From positions 72,919-136,918 of the forward strand of contig CAYUTO010000003.1 in assembly GCA_964447765.1 (NCBI GenBank): a DNA stretch of 64,000 nt, written 5' to 3'. Shown piece after piece: positions 20,239 through 29,019 of this stretch. Under the pieces are notes generated by a model that was not told the DNA's origin, did no database searches, and worked only from the letters and a program-made list of their open reading frames with translations. A program made the position numbers and the translations under genes. This stretch comes from an uncultured Gammaproteobacteria bacterium (GTDB lineage: Bacteria > Patescibacteriota > Patescibacteriia > Magasanikbacterales > UBA922). Position 1 is the first letter of the stretch. Each line of letters opens with the position of its first letter.

Positions 20239-20239
20239 A

Positions 20240-20635
20240 TTATTGACCACTAAATCGTGACGTAATAAACACGGTGATTGCATATGATGATACCACAATA
20301 AACAGCCCCATGATTGATGATTTGATAATTTCTTTTGCTTTATTCACTTGCTCGTCCTCTCCTCCTGCAGTCATCCAGAGATACCCTGCGTAGACAGTAA
20401 GCACTAGGAATATAATACCTACCAGACTCAACACTGTTTTTATCACATTTCCTACCACGACAGTTAGGTCAGTAGGCACATTTCCCCCAATACCTTTTTG
20501 TAAATTCTTCAGATTATCGTCTGCATTGCCCAAATTTTGATTTGTGCCCATTACTCGACTTGGTAATGCCATAATACTGAGAGATATCAGAACTCCTCGT
20601 ATCCAGTATTTTTTTACGCTATTAATAATTTTCAT
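20240..20635 (-). CDS. T4SS-pilin-like protein, paralog 4
   Basis: LSLVGIIFLVLTVYAGYLWMTAGGEDEQVNKAKEIIKSSIMGLFIVVSSYAIT. Confidence 0.7.
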   Translation of the reverse strand: MKIINSVKKYWIRGVLISLSIMALPSRVMGTNQNLGNADDNLKNLQKGIGGNVPTDLTVVVGNVIKTVLSLVGIIFLVLTVYAGYLWMTAGGEDEQVNKAKEIIKSSIMGLFIVVSSYAITVFITSRFSGQ

Positions 20636-20650
20636 AACTAGTTCAAATTA

Positions 20651-21061
20651 CTATCCAAAATTGATTGCATTGGTTATAAATGCTGCAATAGCATATGCAC
20701 TCACCGTGATTATCAATCCAATGATTGCAGCAATTAATGTCTGGCGAGATTTGGCGATTTTTTCTTCTTCTCCTCGAGCGAGGAACCAGGTGATTCCCGC
20801 ATAGAGTGTGAGGACAAAGAATAAAAGACCTAATATTCCAAATAGCCACTGCGCGACTGATCCAATATATGTCGCTATTTCGTTTTTTGGTAACCCGGTA
20901 GGCCCTACCGCTGATTCCAGTGCTGCCCCCGCATCTTCGATGGTTTTTTTGGCGTGTACCTTATTAAAAAACAACAATGAAGCTGCCACAGCAAGAGGAA
21001 TACTCAGAAACAAGGTTTTAATTTTTGAATAGACCCACATGTTTAAATAATTTATTTTCAT
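20651..21061 (-). CDS. T4SS-pilin-like protein, paralog 5
   Basis: LFGILGLLFFVLTLYAGITWFLARGEEEKIAKSRQTLIAAIIGLIITVSAYAIA. Confidence 0.7.
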   Translation of the reverse strand: MKINYLNMWVYSKIKTLFLSIPLAVAASLLFFNKVHAKKTIEDAGAALESAVGPTGLPKNEIATYIGSVAQWLFGILGLLFFVLTLYAGITWFLARGEEEKIAKSRQTLIAAIIGLIITVSAYAIAAFITNAINFG

Positions 21062-21218
21062 TAGTTTATTCTTAATCCCCCTATAGAAGGACTAAACACT
21101 TAATTGACCTTATTTAATAACGTGGTTTTTTACATTAAACAGAGGTTACTACGTTACGCTCATCTTTTATTTTATTAACGTAAATAGCTTCTCCCATACT
21201 GCTCATCCGCGAGCTCGA

Positions 21219-21767
21219 TTACGTATCTACACACAAACTTGCTTCATTCGGATCACTACTGTCACACTCCCAACCTGACTCTACTGTACAAGTTGCACTA
21301 CACCCATCTCCTGGATTTGTATTTAAATCGTCACATTCTTCAGCACCTTCTCTTTTTCCGTTTCCACATACCGTTCCTGTAGGTGTTGTCTGAGTAGTAG
21401 TGCCTCCACTATTTGATCCAAGCTTAAACACAAAGTTAGTAAGGGCGTATGCTCCGATAACAATGATAATTCCGATTGTCGCAGCAATAATTGTATTTAG
21501 GGCTTTTTCTGTCGTCTCTGAACTACCTCTCGCCGTCATCCAGAGAATACCCCCGTATAGCACGAGCACAAAGAATAGAACCGAAATCATCGAAAGCAGC
21601 GTTCCAATGATATTACCCGCAATAGTTGGAACACTATCTCCGTAGGTATCAAGCTTTGCTGCACTTGCTGTATCTTTCAGCCCAAAATCATTAGCAAGAA
21701 CGGTAGTGCCGAAAGCGAAAATTGAGAATGCTGCGATAAGACCGATAAGTAAATACACTTTTTTCAT
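21219..21767 (-). CDS. T4SS-pilin-like protein, paralog 6, with C-terminal Myxococcus-type cysteine-rich repeat
   Basis: Start at MKKVYLL. Pilin core LLSMISVLFFVLVLYGGILWMTARGSSETTEKALNTIIAATIGIIIVIGAYAL. Tail CGNGKREGAEECDDLNTNPGDGCSATCTVESGWEC matches the CxxGxxExxEECDDGNxxxGDGCSxxC repeat pattern. Confidence 0.65.
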   Translation of the reverse strand: MKKVYLLIGLIAAFSIFAFGTTVLANDFGLKDTASAAKLDTYGDSVPTIAGNIIGTLLSMISVLFFVLVLYGGILWMTARGSSETTEKALNTIIAATIGIIIVIGAYALTNFVFKLGSNSGGTTTQTTPTGTVCGNGKREGAEECDDLNTNPGDGCSATCTVESGWECDSSDPNEASLCVDT

Positions 21768-21786
21768 AAGAAAAAATTGATTAATT

Positions 21787-22242
21787 TCATGGAGAGTAGC
21801 CCGATGTTCCTGATGAGTATTGATTTCCACATGACGTGCCAATAGTCTCACAAAGAGAACGCAATACAAAACTCATAATAGAGTACGATGCCATAATAAT
21901 CACAAGTCCCATGACCGCAGCGCTTAGTATTTTTTTTGCACTGCCCACCTTCTCATCATTACCTCCTGCGGTCATCCAGGTGAACCCAGCGTAGAGAACA
22001 ATAATCACGGCAATGATCCCTAATAGACTCAAGGCAAAATTGATAATACGCACCGTAATAATACGAGGATCTTCCGCACTCAACCCTGAGTACTGTGTCC
22101 CTGCACAATCAAGCCCTAGAATGTCACCTGCACCTGTCTGTCCATCACAACCTTGCGCCAAGGATTTCACTGGAAAAAAGGCTATAATTAGAGCAAAACA
22201 AATAACTGAGAAAAGAGTTGCGAGAACTAATTTTTTATTCAT
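21787..22242 (-). CDS. T4SS-pilin-like protein, paralog 7
   Basis: Start at MNKKLV; the longer ORF extension upstream is rejected. ALSLLGIIAVIIVLYAGFTWMTAGGNDEKVGSAKKILSAAVMGLVIIMASYSIM; Cys pairs lie N- and C-terminal of the core. Confidence 0.65.
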   Translation of the reverse strand: MNKKLVLATLFSVICFALIIAFFPVKSLAQGCDGQTGAGDILGLDCAGTQYSGLSAEDPRIITVRIINFALSLLGIIAVIIVLYAGFTWMTAGGNDEKVGSAKKILSAAVMGLVIIMASYSIMSFVLRSLCETIGTSCGNQYSSGTSGYSP

Positions 22243-22343
22243 ACAGAATAGGTGAGAGTCAAAGCTTTCCTGGCCAGTAACGTGCCTATGACCAGTGAAA
22301 GCTCTGACACCCGTATGGGTGCCTGAGTCTGACAACTGTATTT

Positions 22344-22760
22344 TTACGCTTCTTCGACAGCTGTCTGAATAGAATTGATAAAGAAATTTGCAATTGCGTA
22401 TGCAGATAGAATGATCGCGAGACCAATCACTGCAGCAATGATAATTTTCTTTGCAGCTTCTACACTTTCGTCGTTTCCGCCGGCGGTCATCCACTTGAAA
22501 CCACCCCAGAGGATCAATATAACTGCGATTAAACCTAGGAACGTCAATGCGAGGTTGATAATATTTACTACTACCGCGCGCGCATCAGTTTCTTCAGTAC
22601 TGATGTTTAAACCAGTCGTTGGCTCAATTCCAAATGGATCATCAGAACCATTTCCTGTTGCCAAACTTACCTTTGGTGACAACGTAAACACCGTTACCAA
22701 AGCTACAATACCAAGCATGATATTTCTATGCTTTAGTAATTTTGCTTGTATGTTTTTCAT
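22344..22760 (-). CDS. T4SS-pilin-like protein, paralog 8
   Basis: ALTFLGLIAVILILWGGFKWMTAGGNDESVEAAKKIIIAAVIGLAIILSAYAIA. Confidence 0.7.
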   Translation of the reverse strand: MKNIQAKLLKHRNIMLGIVALVTVFTLSPKVSLATGNGSDDPFGIEPTTGLNISTEETDARAVVVNIINLALTFLGLIAVILILWGGFKWMTAGGNDESVEAAKKIIIAAVIGLAIILSAYAIANFFINSIQTAVEEA

Positions 22761-22837
22761 ACTCCCTCACCCCCCTTCAATTTTTTACATGTTTTATGCA
22801 TAATATTCACTAGTGTGATATGTATATACGTAGATTA

Positions 22838-23245
22838 TTAGTTTGGACTAGCTTGTAGAGTATTCAAAATCAACGTAATTATAGCATAGCTACTGAAAAT
22901 CACAATAATTCCAATCCCAGCCCAGAGCATAGCTTGTAAACCCTTCTGAATCCTTTCAGAATTCCCTGCTGAAGTGAGCCAAAGCACACCTCCATATACG
23001 AATACTACGAAGGTGATTGAACCGATGATTCCCATGATAGCCCCAATGCTATTCCCAATAATCGTTTTAATATCTGTTGTTGCAAGTGGATTGGTAAGTG
23101 AGACACAATCTTGTCCTTCACGACAACCGATCGTTGGAGTACTCGAGGCCAAGGCTAATTGAAAATTACTAACACTCACCAGAGTGCTTAGTATAATTAC
23201 CATAATTCCGACTAACTTTGTCCTATTTTTTTTCATATCAACCAT
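22838..23245 (-). CDS. T4SS-pilin-like protein, paralog 9
   Basis: IMGIIGSITFVVFVYGGVLWLTSAGNSERIQKGLQAMLWAGIGIIVIFSSYAII. Confidence 0.7.
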   Translation of the reverse strand: MVDMKKNRTKLVGIMVIILSTLVSVSNFQLALASSTPTIGCREGQDCVSLTNPLATTDIKTIIGNSIGAIMGIIGSITFVVFVYGGVLWLTSAGNSERIQKGLQAMLWAGIGIIVIFSSYAIITLILNTLQASPN

Positions 23246-23257
23246 ACTGGTGCCAAA

Positions 23258-24349
23258 TTAGGAAGTAATCCCGATAGCTTTTACAATAAAACTTACTAAT
23301 ACATACGCTGAAAACGCGATAATCATACCTACCGTTGCTGCGACCAATATTTGTTTTCCTTGTCCTACTTTTTCTGAATTTCCAAATGATAGAACCATAG
23401 TGAGTCCACCATAGACAAAGAACGCAAATCCAAGACCAGCTATAATACCAAATAACCAAGTTGCTACGTTTACACCCAATTGCACCAAATCTTCTACGTT
23501 GCGACATGACCCAGTAAATGCGCAGGAAGGAAGTGGACCTTGATAACCATCTGGTGCCTTATATCGTTCAGCAATATACTGGTCAATTGCTTTTGACACC
23601 TCCACTTCAGTCGTTTTCTTTACACATGTATTATTTTCTCCTGTCGTACAATGTCGTGCAGCCGAACAAACGTCTGAGGGTAATTGAGTACAATCGATAC
23701 TTGAGTCATCTTTTGCAAGACATTTAGCCCCAGCTACTTGCCAAAAACATTGAGAGTTCGCTTCACACGTTGACTTGTCTTTCCCATTATTTTGAGCACA
23801 TATTCCAACTGGATTTTCTAGCTGCTGCTCGAGAGAAGCCGTTGCTACATAATACACCTGAAAATCCATATTTAACCCCGCATCTTCTCCTTCAAAATAG
23901 TAACGAGTAAACACACCTGAAGAAGGTACGTATGGTGTAGCATGATAGGTTATACTTGCCGGCTGATTGTCGTCTTGGGTGGTATTCCAACTCAAAGTCG
24001 AATTTCCATTATCAGATTTTTCTTCCCTTACATATTCTCCTCGTTGCAATTTATCTGCATTCTGTTTGATAAAACGACTGCTGTCACGGAGATTTACCCA
24101 CTCCACAACTGAAGTATTATTTGCCACCTCGACACAAAAAATTTCAAATGCAGTCCCTGGGACATTGGGGTCTGCCAACACACTGTCATTATTCCCAATA
24201 GAAAAAATAAGTAATTTATGATTTTCTCGTGCAAATGATTGACACTTTCCCCCTGTAAATTCTGACGCACTTACTTGTTGCGCGCTAAAAAGACACACTA
24301 CGCTCAACAAAGTTAACCAGAATATTTTGTGAATTTTTTCTAAGCGCAT
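23258..24349 (-). CDS. Large Cys-rich secreted protein with C-terminal T4SS-pilin-like domain, paralog 10
   Basis: Signal peptide, ~280 aa ectodomain with more than 14 Cys, then LFGIIAGLGFAFFVYGGLTMVLSFGNSEKVGQGKQILVAATVGMIIAFSAYVLV. Confidence 0.65.
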   Translation of the reverse strand: MRLEKIHKIFWLTLLSVVCLFSAQQVSASEFTGGKCQSFARENHKLLIFSIGNNDSVLADPNVPGTAFEIFCVEVANNTSVVEWVNLRDSSRFIKQNADKLQRGEYVREEKSDNGNSTLSWNTTQDDNQPASITYHATPYVPSSGVFTRYYFEGEDAGLNMDFQVYYVATASLEQQLENPVGICAQNNGKDKSTCEANSQCFWQVAGAKCLAKDDSSIDCTQLPSDVCSAARHCTTGENNTCVKKTTEVEVSKAIDQYIAERYKAPDGYQGPLPSCAFTGSCRNVEDLVQLGVNVATWLFGIIAGLGFAFFVYGGLTMVLSFGNSEKVGQGKQILVAATVGMIIAFSAYVLVSFIVKAIGITS

Positions 24350-24351
24350 AC

Positions 24352-25737
24352 TTAATACGTTTGTTGAATTTTTGCTGCACCATTGAGAATCACCGTCTTA
24401 TCTTTCTTGAGTGTCTCCTGTTCAGTATTTCCTGGTCTCAAAAATTCGGTAATTAAATCTTTCATAGTTGAAACTGCAATATCACTTTCCCGGCCCCGAT
24501 ACCAATTATCAGCGAATAGCGCTTGTGTTGCAAAAGGTTCCATTGTTTCATCTGTTTGCTGCTCTGCAATCTGTTCTCGGTACGGACTTGGTCTAAAGGT
24601 TGCAGTGGTATACGTTTTTACTTTTTCTTTTGAAGTGATAAATCTCACAAAATCCCAGGCCTCATTCTGGTATTTTGATTTCTTTACTACTGATTCGAGC
24701 CAATAGTTTGCAACATTGGAAGGGGAACTTGGATTCAGCTGTGGCACAGTTGTAATCTGGATATCCAGTTGCGGTGCTCGTTCTTTTATCCGAGGATAAT
24801 CATAGGCAAATCCAAGAAAAAACGCGCTTTTCCCTCGTACAAATTCATCAAATGCATTTTGTTGTTTTTCATTCCAGCTATATCGATCAGCGGTAGCGCG
24901 CGCAAATCCCGTATAGAAATCTAGTGCACGAAGCATCGGATGCGATCGATCTTGTGCACGATCAACACCCGCAGCAAAAGTAACCGACTGCTGACTTACT
25001 GGAATAACACCACTCTGCATCATAAAGAGAGACACAATATCAAAAAAATTATCAATATTATTTGAGGTACCAAGTGCTACTCCTGACTGAGTAATATCAA
25101 GAGTTGAATTGAATTTGGTAGTTTTTTGTATTGCCTCCACAAATTCTTCCCAAGTAGCAGGAGCTTCAGCAATTCCTGCTCGATCAAGGAGTGTTTGATT
25201 GTAAAATAATGCAAGAGAGTCAAACGCAATCGGGAGCCCATAAATTTGTCCATCGATTACCACGTCCTTGTGAACCGACTGTACGTACTCATTTCGAATA
25301 TCCCGTTCACGAGGCAATGGCACGGTATCGATTACCACAGCCATTTCTTTGGTATATTTATTTTTCTCTACCAAACGAGGTACTTGCACACTCGCAGGTG
25401 CTGCAGATAGCCTATTCTGATTTTTACGTAGCCAGCGAACGTGCATTGAAACAATGTCAGGTCCCACATCATCTGCAAGTGCATTGGTGAACAATGTATC
25501 AAATTCTTCGTAACGAACCTGACGAATGTTGATCGTTACTTGAGGTCGCATCGCTTTGTATTCTGCGGCATATTTCTTCAGCTCATCCACATCATTAAAT
25601 ACAGTCCAATAGTTCAAAGTAACACCTCTCACCGATGTTTGTTCTTCGGCAGTCAAACCTTTGCAACCAAAACCAGAAAAAAGCAACATGGTGCTGAGCA
25701 AAGAAAGAGATAGTATGGATTTTGTGATTTTTCTCAT
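24352..25737 (-). CDS. Extracellular solute-binding protein (ABC-type, family 1 sugar-binding-like), probable lipoprotein
   Basis: Lipobox-like LLFSGFGC after a signal sequence. Overall periplasmic-binding-protein pattern. No permease or ATPase genes adjacent. Confidence 0.65.
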   Translation of the reverse strand: MRKITKSILSLSLLSTMLLFSGFGCKGLTAEEQTSVRGVTLNYWTVFNDVDELKKYAAEYKAMRPQVTINIRQVRYEEFDTLFTNALADDVGPDIVSMHVRWLRKNQNRLSAAPASVQVPRLVEKNKYTKEMAVVIDTVPLPRERDIRNEYVQSVHKDVVIDGQIYGLPIAFDSLALFYNQTLLDRAGIAEAPATWEEFVEAIQKTTKFNSTLDITQSGVALGTSNNIDNFFDIVSLFMMQSGVIPVSQQSVTFAAGVDRAQDRSHPMLRALDFYTGFARATADRYSWNEKQQNAFDEFVRGKSAFFLGFAYDYPRIKERAPQLDIQITTVPQLNPSSPSNVANYWLESVVKKSKYQNEAWDFVRFITSKEKVKTYTTATFRPSPYREQIAEQQTDETMEPFATQALFADNWYRGRESDIAVSTMKDLITEFLRPGNTEQETLKKDKTVILNGAAKIQQTY

Positions 25738-25752
25738 AAAATTTAGAGGAGA

Positions 25753-25822
25753 AATTAAAGATTAAAGATTGAATAAACGGAATATTAGTCTTTAATCTTT
25801 AATTTTTAATTTTTATTCTTTA
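25753..25822. repeat. Intergenic palindromic repeat, family R2 (aagattaaagatt/aatctttaatctt words)
   Basis: aaattaaagattaaagattg ... agtctttaatctttaatttttaatttttattcttt. Confidence 0.65.
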
Positions 25823-25823
25823 A

Positions 25824-26519
25824 CTACCTAAATATCTCAAACACGAAATCCACTAGTGCGTAGCTTGCAAAAATTAACACAACTCCTAGACCTGCCCATA
25901 ATATTGTCTCACGAGCTTTCTGTGTGCGTTCTGAATTTCCTCGTGCGGTCATCCAAGTAATTCCTCCATACAACATCATTACTAATGCAACAGTTCCAAT
26001 TACTCCCATAACTCCTCGAATGATAATTCCAATCAGATCCTCCACATTATCGACTTTGAGTTTATTGAGTTCGTCTGCATATTGCGTAAATGATGCAGAT
26101 GGAGATGTTTCACGAGCCACATCTTCAAGACATTTTTCAATACTAGGTTTTTCCGTACACGGCGCACAATTCCCTGGTGTCACAATACTTCCCCCTGCTG
26201 CGCTGTCTCCATACTTGATGCATTGGCTCCCGCACTGACAGGCCCCACTCGGATAGGTAATACCACCTGCTTGGCAGGCTGCTTTTGTTTCAAAAACTCG
26301 GTCTATTTGAGGATTGCAAAAAGTTTCCAACCACTCAGTAGTAATTGTTCCTACTCCTTGTATTCCATTTAAAGTAGGAACAGCATCTCCTACTCCATAA
26401 CATACCCCACTTATTTTACAGACCTGAACTAACGCTAATGCTTTATCTGAAAAAAATAACGTACTCATCAATATTACCAGCACCACAATCATTTTTGAAC
26501 TCCTTTGAAATAAACGCAT
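25824..26519 (-). CDS. Cys-rich secreted protein with C-terminal T4SS-pilin-like domain, paralog 11
   Basis: Signal peptide, ~130 aa Cys-rich region (CKISGVCYG ... CQCGSQC ... CAPCTEKPSIEKC), then IGTVALVMMLYGGITWMTARGNSERTQKARETILWAGLGVVLIFASYALV. Confidence 0.65.
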   Translation of the reverse strand: MRLFQRSSKMIVVLVILMSTLFFSDKALALVQVCKISGVCYGVGDAVPTLNGIQGVGTITTEWLETFCNPQIDRVFETKAACQAGGITYPSGACQCGSQCIKYGDSAAGGSIVTPGNCAPCTEKPSIEKCLEDVARETSPSASFTQYADELNKLKVDNVEDLIGIIIRGVMGVIGTVALVMMLYGGITWMTARGNSERTQKARETILWAGLGVVLIFASYALVDFVFEIFR

Positions 26520-26537
26520 ACTTTTTTTAATTCCTGA

Positions 26538-27374
26538 CTATAGTAAACCCTCTTTCTTGGCAAAATGTATTGCAGTTTTCAGTAATGCTATTTTATTTCC
26601 AGTATCAAAATATTCTCCCTCATATTCATACGCAAAAAATTTCTTTTTCTTTGCCAGAGTATTTGCTGCGTCAGAAAGCCAAATTTCTCCATCTTTTCCT
26701 TCTACTTGAGAATCAAGAATTGCCCAAATATCATTGGTAAAAATATAACGCATTCCCCCAACGATCAAACCTAATGGAGAAACTGCTTCAGGCGTAGGTT
26801 TTTCACGAAATTCATTTACCCGGTAAACACCCTTTCCTAATGGTTTTCCATATACATTACCGTACTTTCTCATCTCTTCAGTATTATCCATTTTTTGAAC
26901 ACCAATTACTGAAGCTTTCTTTTTATAAAAAATATCTAGCAGTTGCTGTATGACAGGAGTTTTAGCATCAATAATACTATCACCATCTGAGAAGGCGAAT
27001 GGTTCATCTCCTACAAACTCTTTTGCACACAATAATGCATGCCCATTCCCTCGCGGCTCAGCTTGTCTGGTATAAAAAAATCGTACTTTTTCACTTAAAT
27101 CTATGAGAGATTGTATGCGATCGAGCTTTCCCTGACTTTCCAAATATGCCTCAAAATCACGATCACGATCAAAATGATCTTCTATCGCACGCTTTTGAGA
27201 GCTCGTAACAAAAATGATTTCAGTAATTCCACTTGCTACCATTTCTTCTACAATATATTGAAGTACTGGTTTATCAAGTACTGGTAACATTTCTTTTGGC
27301 ATGGCTTTGGTAGCTGGAAGAAACCGCGTACCCAAACCTGCGACAGTGATTACACCTTTACGAACTTTTTTCAT
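26538..27374 (-). CDS. galU: UTP-glucose-1-phosphate uridylyltransferase
   Basis: KGVITVAGLGTRFLPATKAMPKEMLPVLDKPVLQYIVEE N-terminus; diagnostic for GalU. Confidence 0.85.
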   Translation of the reverse strand: MKKVRKGVITVAGLGTRFLPATKAMPKEMLPVLDKPVLQYIVEEMVASGITEIIFVTSSQKRAIEDHFDRDRDFEAYLESQGKLDRIQSLIDLSEKVRFFYTRQAEPRGNGHALLCAKEFVGDEPFAFSDGDSIIDAKTPVIQQLLDIFYKKKASVIGVQKMDNTEEMRKYGNVYGKPLGKGVYRVNEFREKPTPEAVSPLGLIVGGMRYIFTNDIWAILDSQVEGKDGEIWLSDAANTLAKKKKFFAYEYEGEYFDTGNKIALLKTAIHFAKKEGLL

Positions 27375-27505
27375 ACTTTCTTTTTACAATAAGATGGTGA
27401 GTAGTATACCACAATATTCAAAATACATGGAACACGATACACGACGAATACAGATACAAGTGAATTTGAATTTATTTGGTATAGTGTTCCATGTATTTTG
27501 TATTT

Positions 27506-28888
27506 TTATTTCACCTCTTCCCAACTAATAAGTTCATACGTAGAACCCACTGGAAAGCCAGGTGGTGGATAATATTTCAAATTACCATCGTACACATGGT
27601 TGGTGTAATAGTACCCTGATACTACTTGCCCCCCTGTATTAATATATTTCCAACCCCCACCAGCATATGAAATTTGAGACCCAAAAAAGGTAAGCGAATT
27701 TTTGAGAGCACCTGCATGCTCATTCGGATTATAGTATGGGGTAAAAATTTTTCCATATTGTGTCAGCGCAGCTGCATTAATCTCCAGATTAGTTGGTGCT
27801 TCATACGGCACAATAATATCACCCTGAGCAATGATACCGATCACATCATCGCTTGATTTTTGTTTTTGCAATAAATTATTCGAAATAAACACTTCTTTCT
27901 GATTACTTGGTACAGGGAAATTACCTACACCGATAGTTATTCTCCCGTCTACAGTTCCTTGCAACCATGTATTATCTTCAATAAACATTACCCCGTTTGC
28001 CGGAAGCGTATACGTACCTATTGTAGTTTTGGTACCAATATCATAGCAATACGTGGTCCCATTCCAATACCACCCCGACCAACTTGATCTCCAACTTCCT
28101 TCGCCATAATAACAATCTCTGGTATTTACCCGGTACACGGTATATTGGGTATTATTAAATATAATTTGGTATCCTTCTGCCCCAGAAGAAGCCAAATATT
28201 TTCCGCCATTCTGAGCAGCAGTACGAATAGCTGAGAGATCAGCAGATACTGAACCAAAATCAGCCGCAGGAACAGGAAATTCCCAATAATAGGTAGGTCC
28301 ACCAGTCCCCCAGATTCCAGGCCTTGTAGTGCCTTGGTAATTATAGGTAGACTTTGCACTCCTGACCCATGAGTCAGTTGTACCATCAAATTTGATTCCG
28401 CCATTCGACATAATCTCTCCATGCACCTCGGTCGTAGCACTAAATGACATATCAACGTTTTGTATAAAGGCACTATCTGTAAACGAAGGGAAGCCTAATC
28501 GCACCTTTAGAGCCCGGTTTGCATTTGGAGAAGAAACCACCGTTCCCGTAGACGCAACGGCGATGACTGAAGAGTTTGGTAGTGGGGTTGAAATATTAAT
28601 TGCATAACTTCCAACAACATCATTAAACTTATCTTTTACCGTATGAACATACGGGCCAGGTTGTCCTGTGCCGTCAGTAAAATCTGTTGGATTATGCGCT
28701 AGATGCCAACGATAATAATTGATACCTGCCTCAGCAATATGAAACGTCACATCTCGACGATAATATTCCAGTGAAATTCTATGTTCAAATAGAGCATAGC
28801 TCAAAATACCCAACACCATAATCACAAAAGCAATCGAACCAAAAACCATGACGATGAGAAGTGTATTGCCGGCGTATTTTTTTATCAT
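27506..28888 (-). CDS. N-terminally anchored extracellular protein (possible pilus tip/PilX-like component), W/Y/G/T-rich
   Basis: Single N-terminal TM (LLIVMVFGSIAFVIMVLGILSYALF), then a ~430 aa aromatic/Gly-rich domain. Last gene of the minus-strand pilin operon. Confidence 0.45.
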   Translation of the reverse strand: MIKKYAGNTLLIVMVFGSIAFVIMVLGILSYALFEHRISLEYYRRDVTFHIAEAGINYYRWHLAHNPTDFTDGTGQPGPYVHTVKDKFNDVVGSYAINISTPLPNSSVIAVASTGTVVSSPNANRALKVRLGFPSFTDSAFIQNVDMSFSATTEVHGEIMSNGGIKFDGTTDSWVRSAKSTYNYQGTTRPGIWGTGGPTYYWEFPVPAADFGSVSADLSAIRTAAQNGGKYLASSGAEGYQIIFNNTQYTVYRVNTRDCYYGEGSWRSSWSGWYWNGTTYCYDIGTKTTIGTYTLPANGVMFIEDNTWLQGTVDGRITIGVGNFPVPSNQKEVFISNNLLQKQKSSDDVIGIIAQGDIIVPYEAPTNLEINAAALTQYGKIFTPYYNPNEHAGALKNSLTFFGSQISYAGGGWKYINTGGQVVSGYYYTNHVYDGNLKYYPPPGFPVGSTYELISWEEVK

Positions 28889-28897
28889 AGGAGCGTT

Positions 28898-29012
28898 TAG
28901 TCGAAAGTCGAAAAGTCTGTAAAGTTATAAAGTCGAGAGGTGGAATGAAAAGCGTTTTCCATGACTTTCACCCTGCCGACAGGCAGGACTTTATAGACTT
29001 TTTTGACTTCGT
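28898..29012. repeat. Intergenic palindromic repeat, family R1
   Basis: agtcgaaagtcgaaaagtctgtaaagttataaagtcgag ... gactttatagacttttttgacttcgtgactc, with a central ccctgccgacaggcagg hairpin. Confidence 0.7.
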
Positions 29013-29019
29013 GACTCTA

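Noticed and set aside
21787-22494. 235 aa ORF with N-terminal extension (MDDRRRKRRKCRS...) overlapping the upstream pilin paralog
   Set aside because: The extension overlaps the 3' end of the preceding gene, is highly basic and low-complexity, and the conserved signal peptide of the paralog family starts at MNKKLV (22242). The shorter gene is called instead.
18915-26519. Possibility that the paralog array is a CRISPR-like or DGR variable-repeat system
   Set aside because: No direct nucleotide repeats with a spacer architecture were seen, and no reverse transcriptase or template repeat was seen. Similarity is at the protein-family level only.
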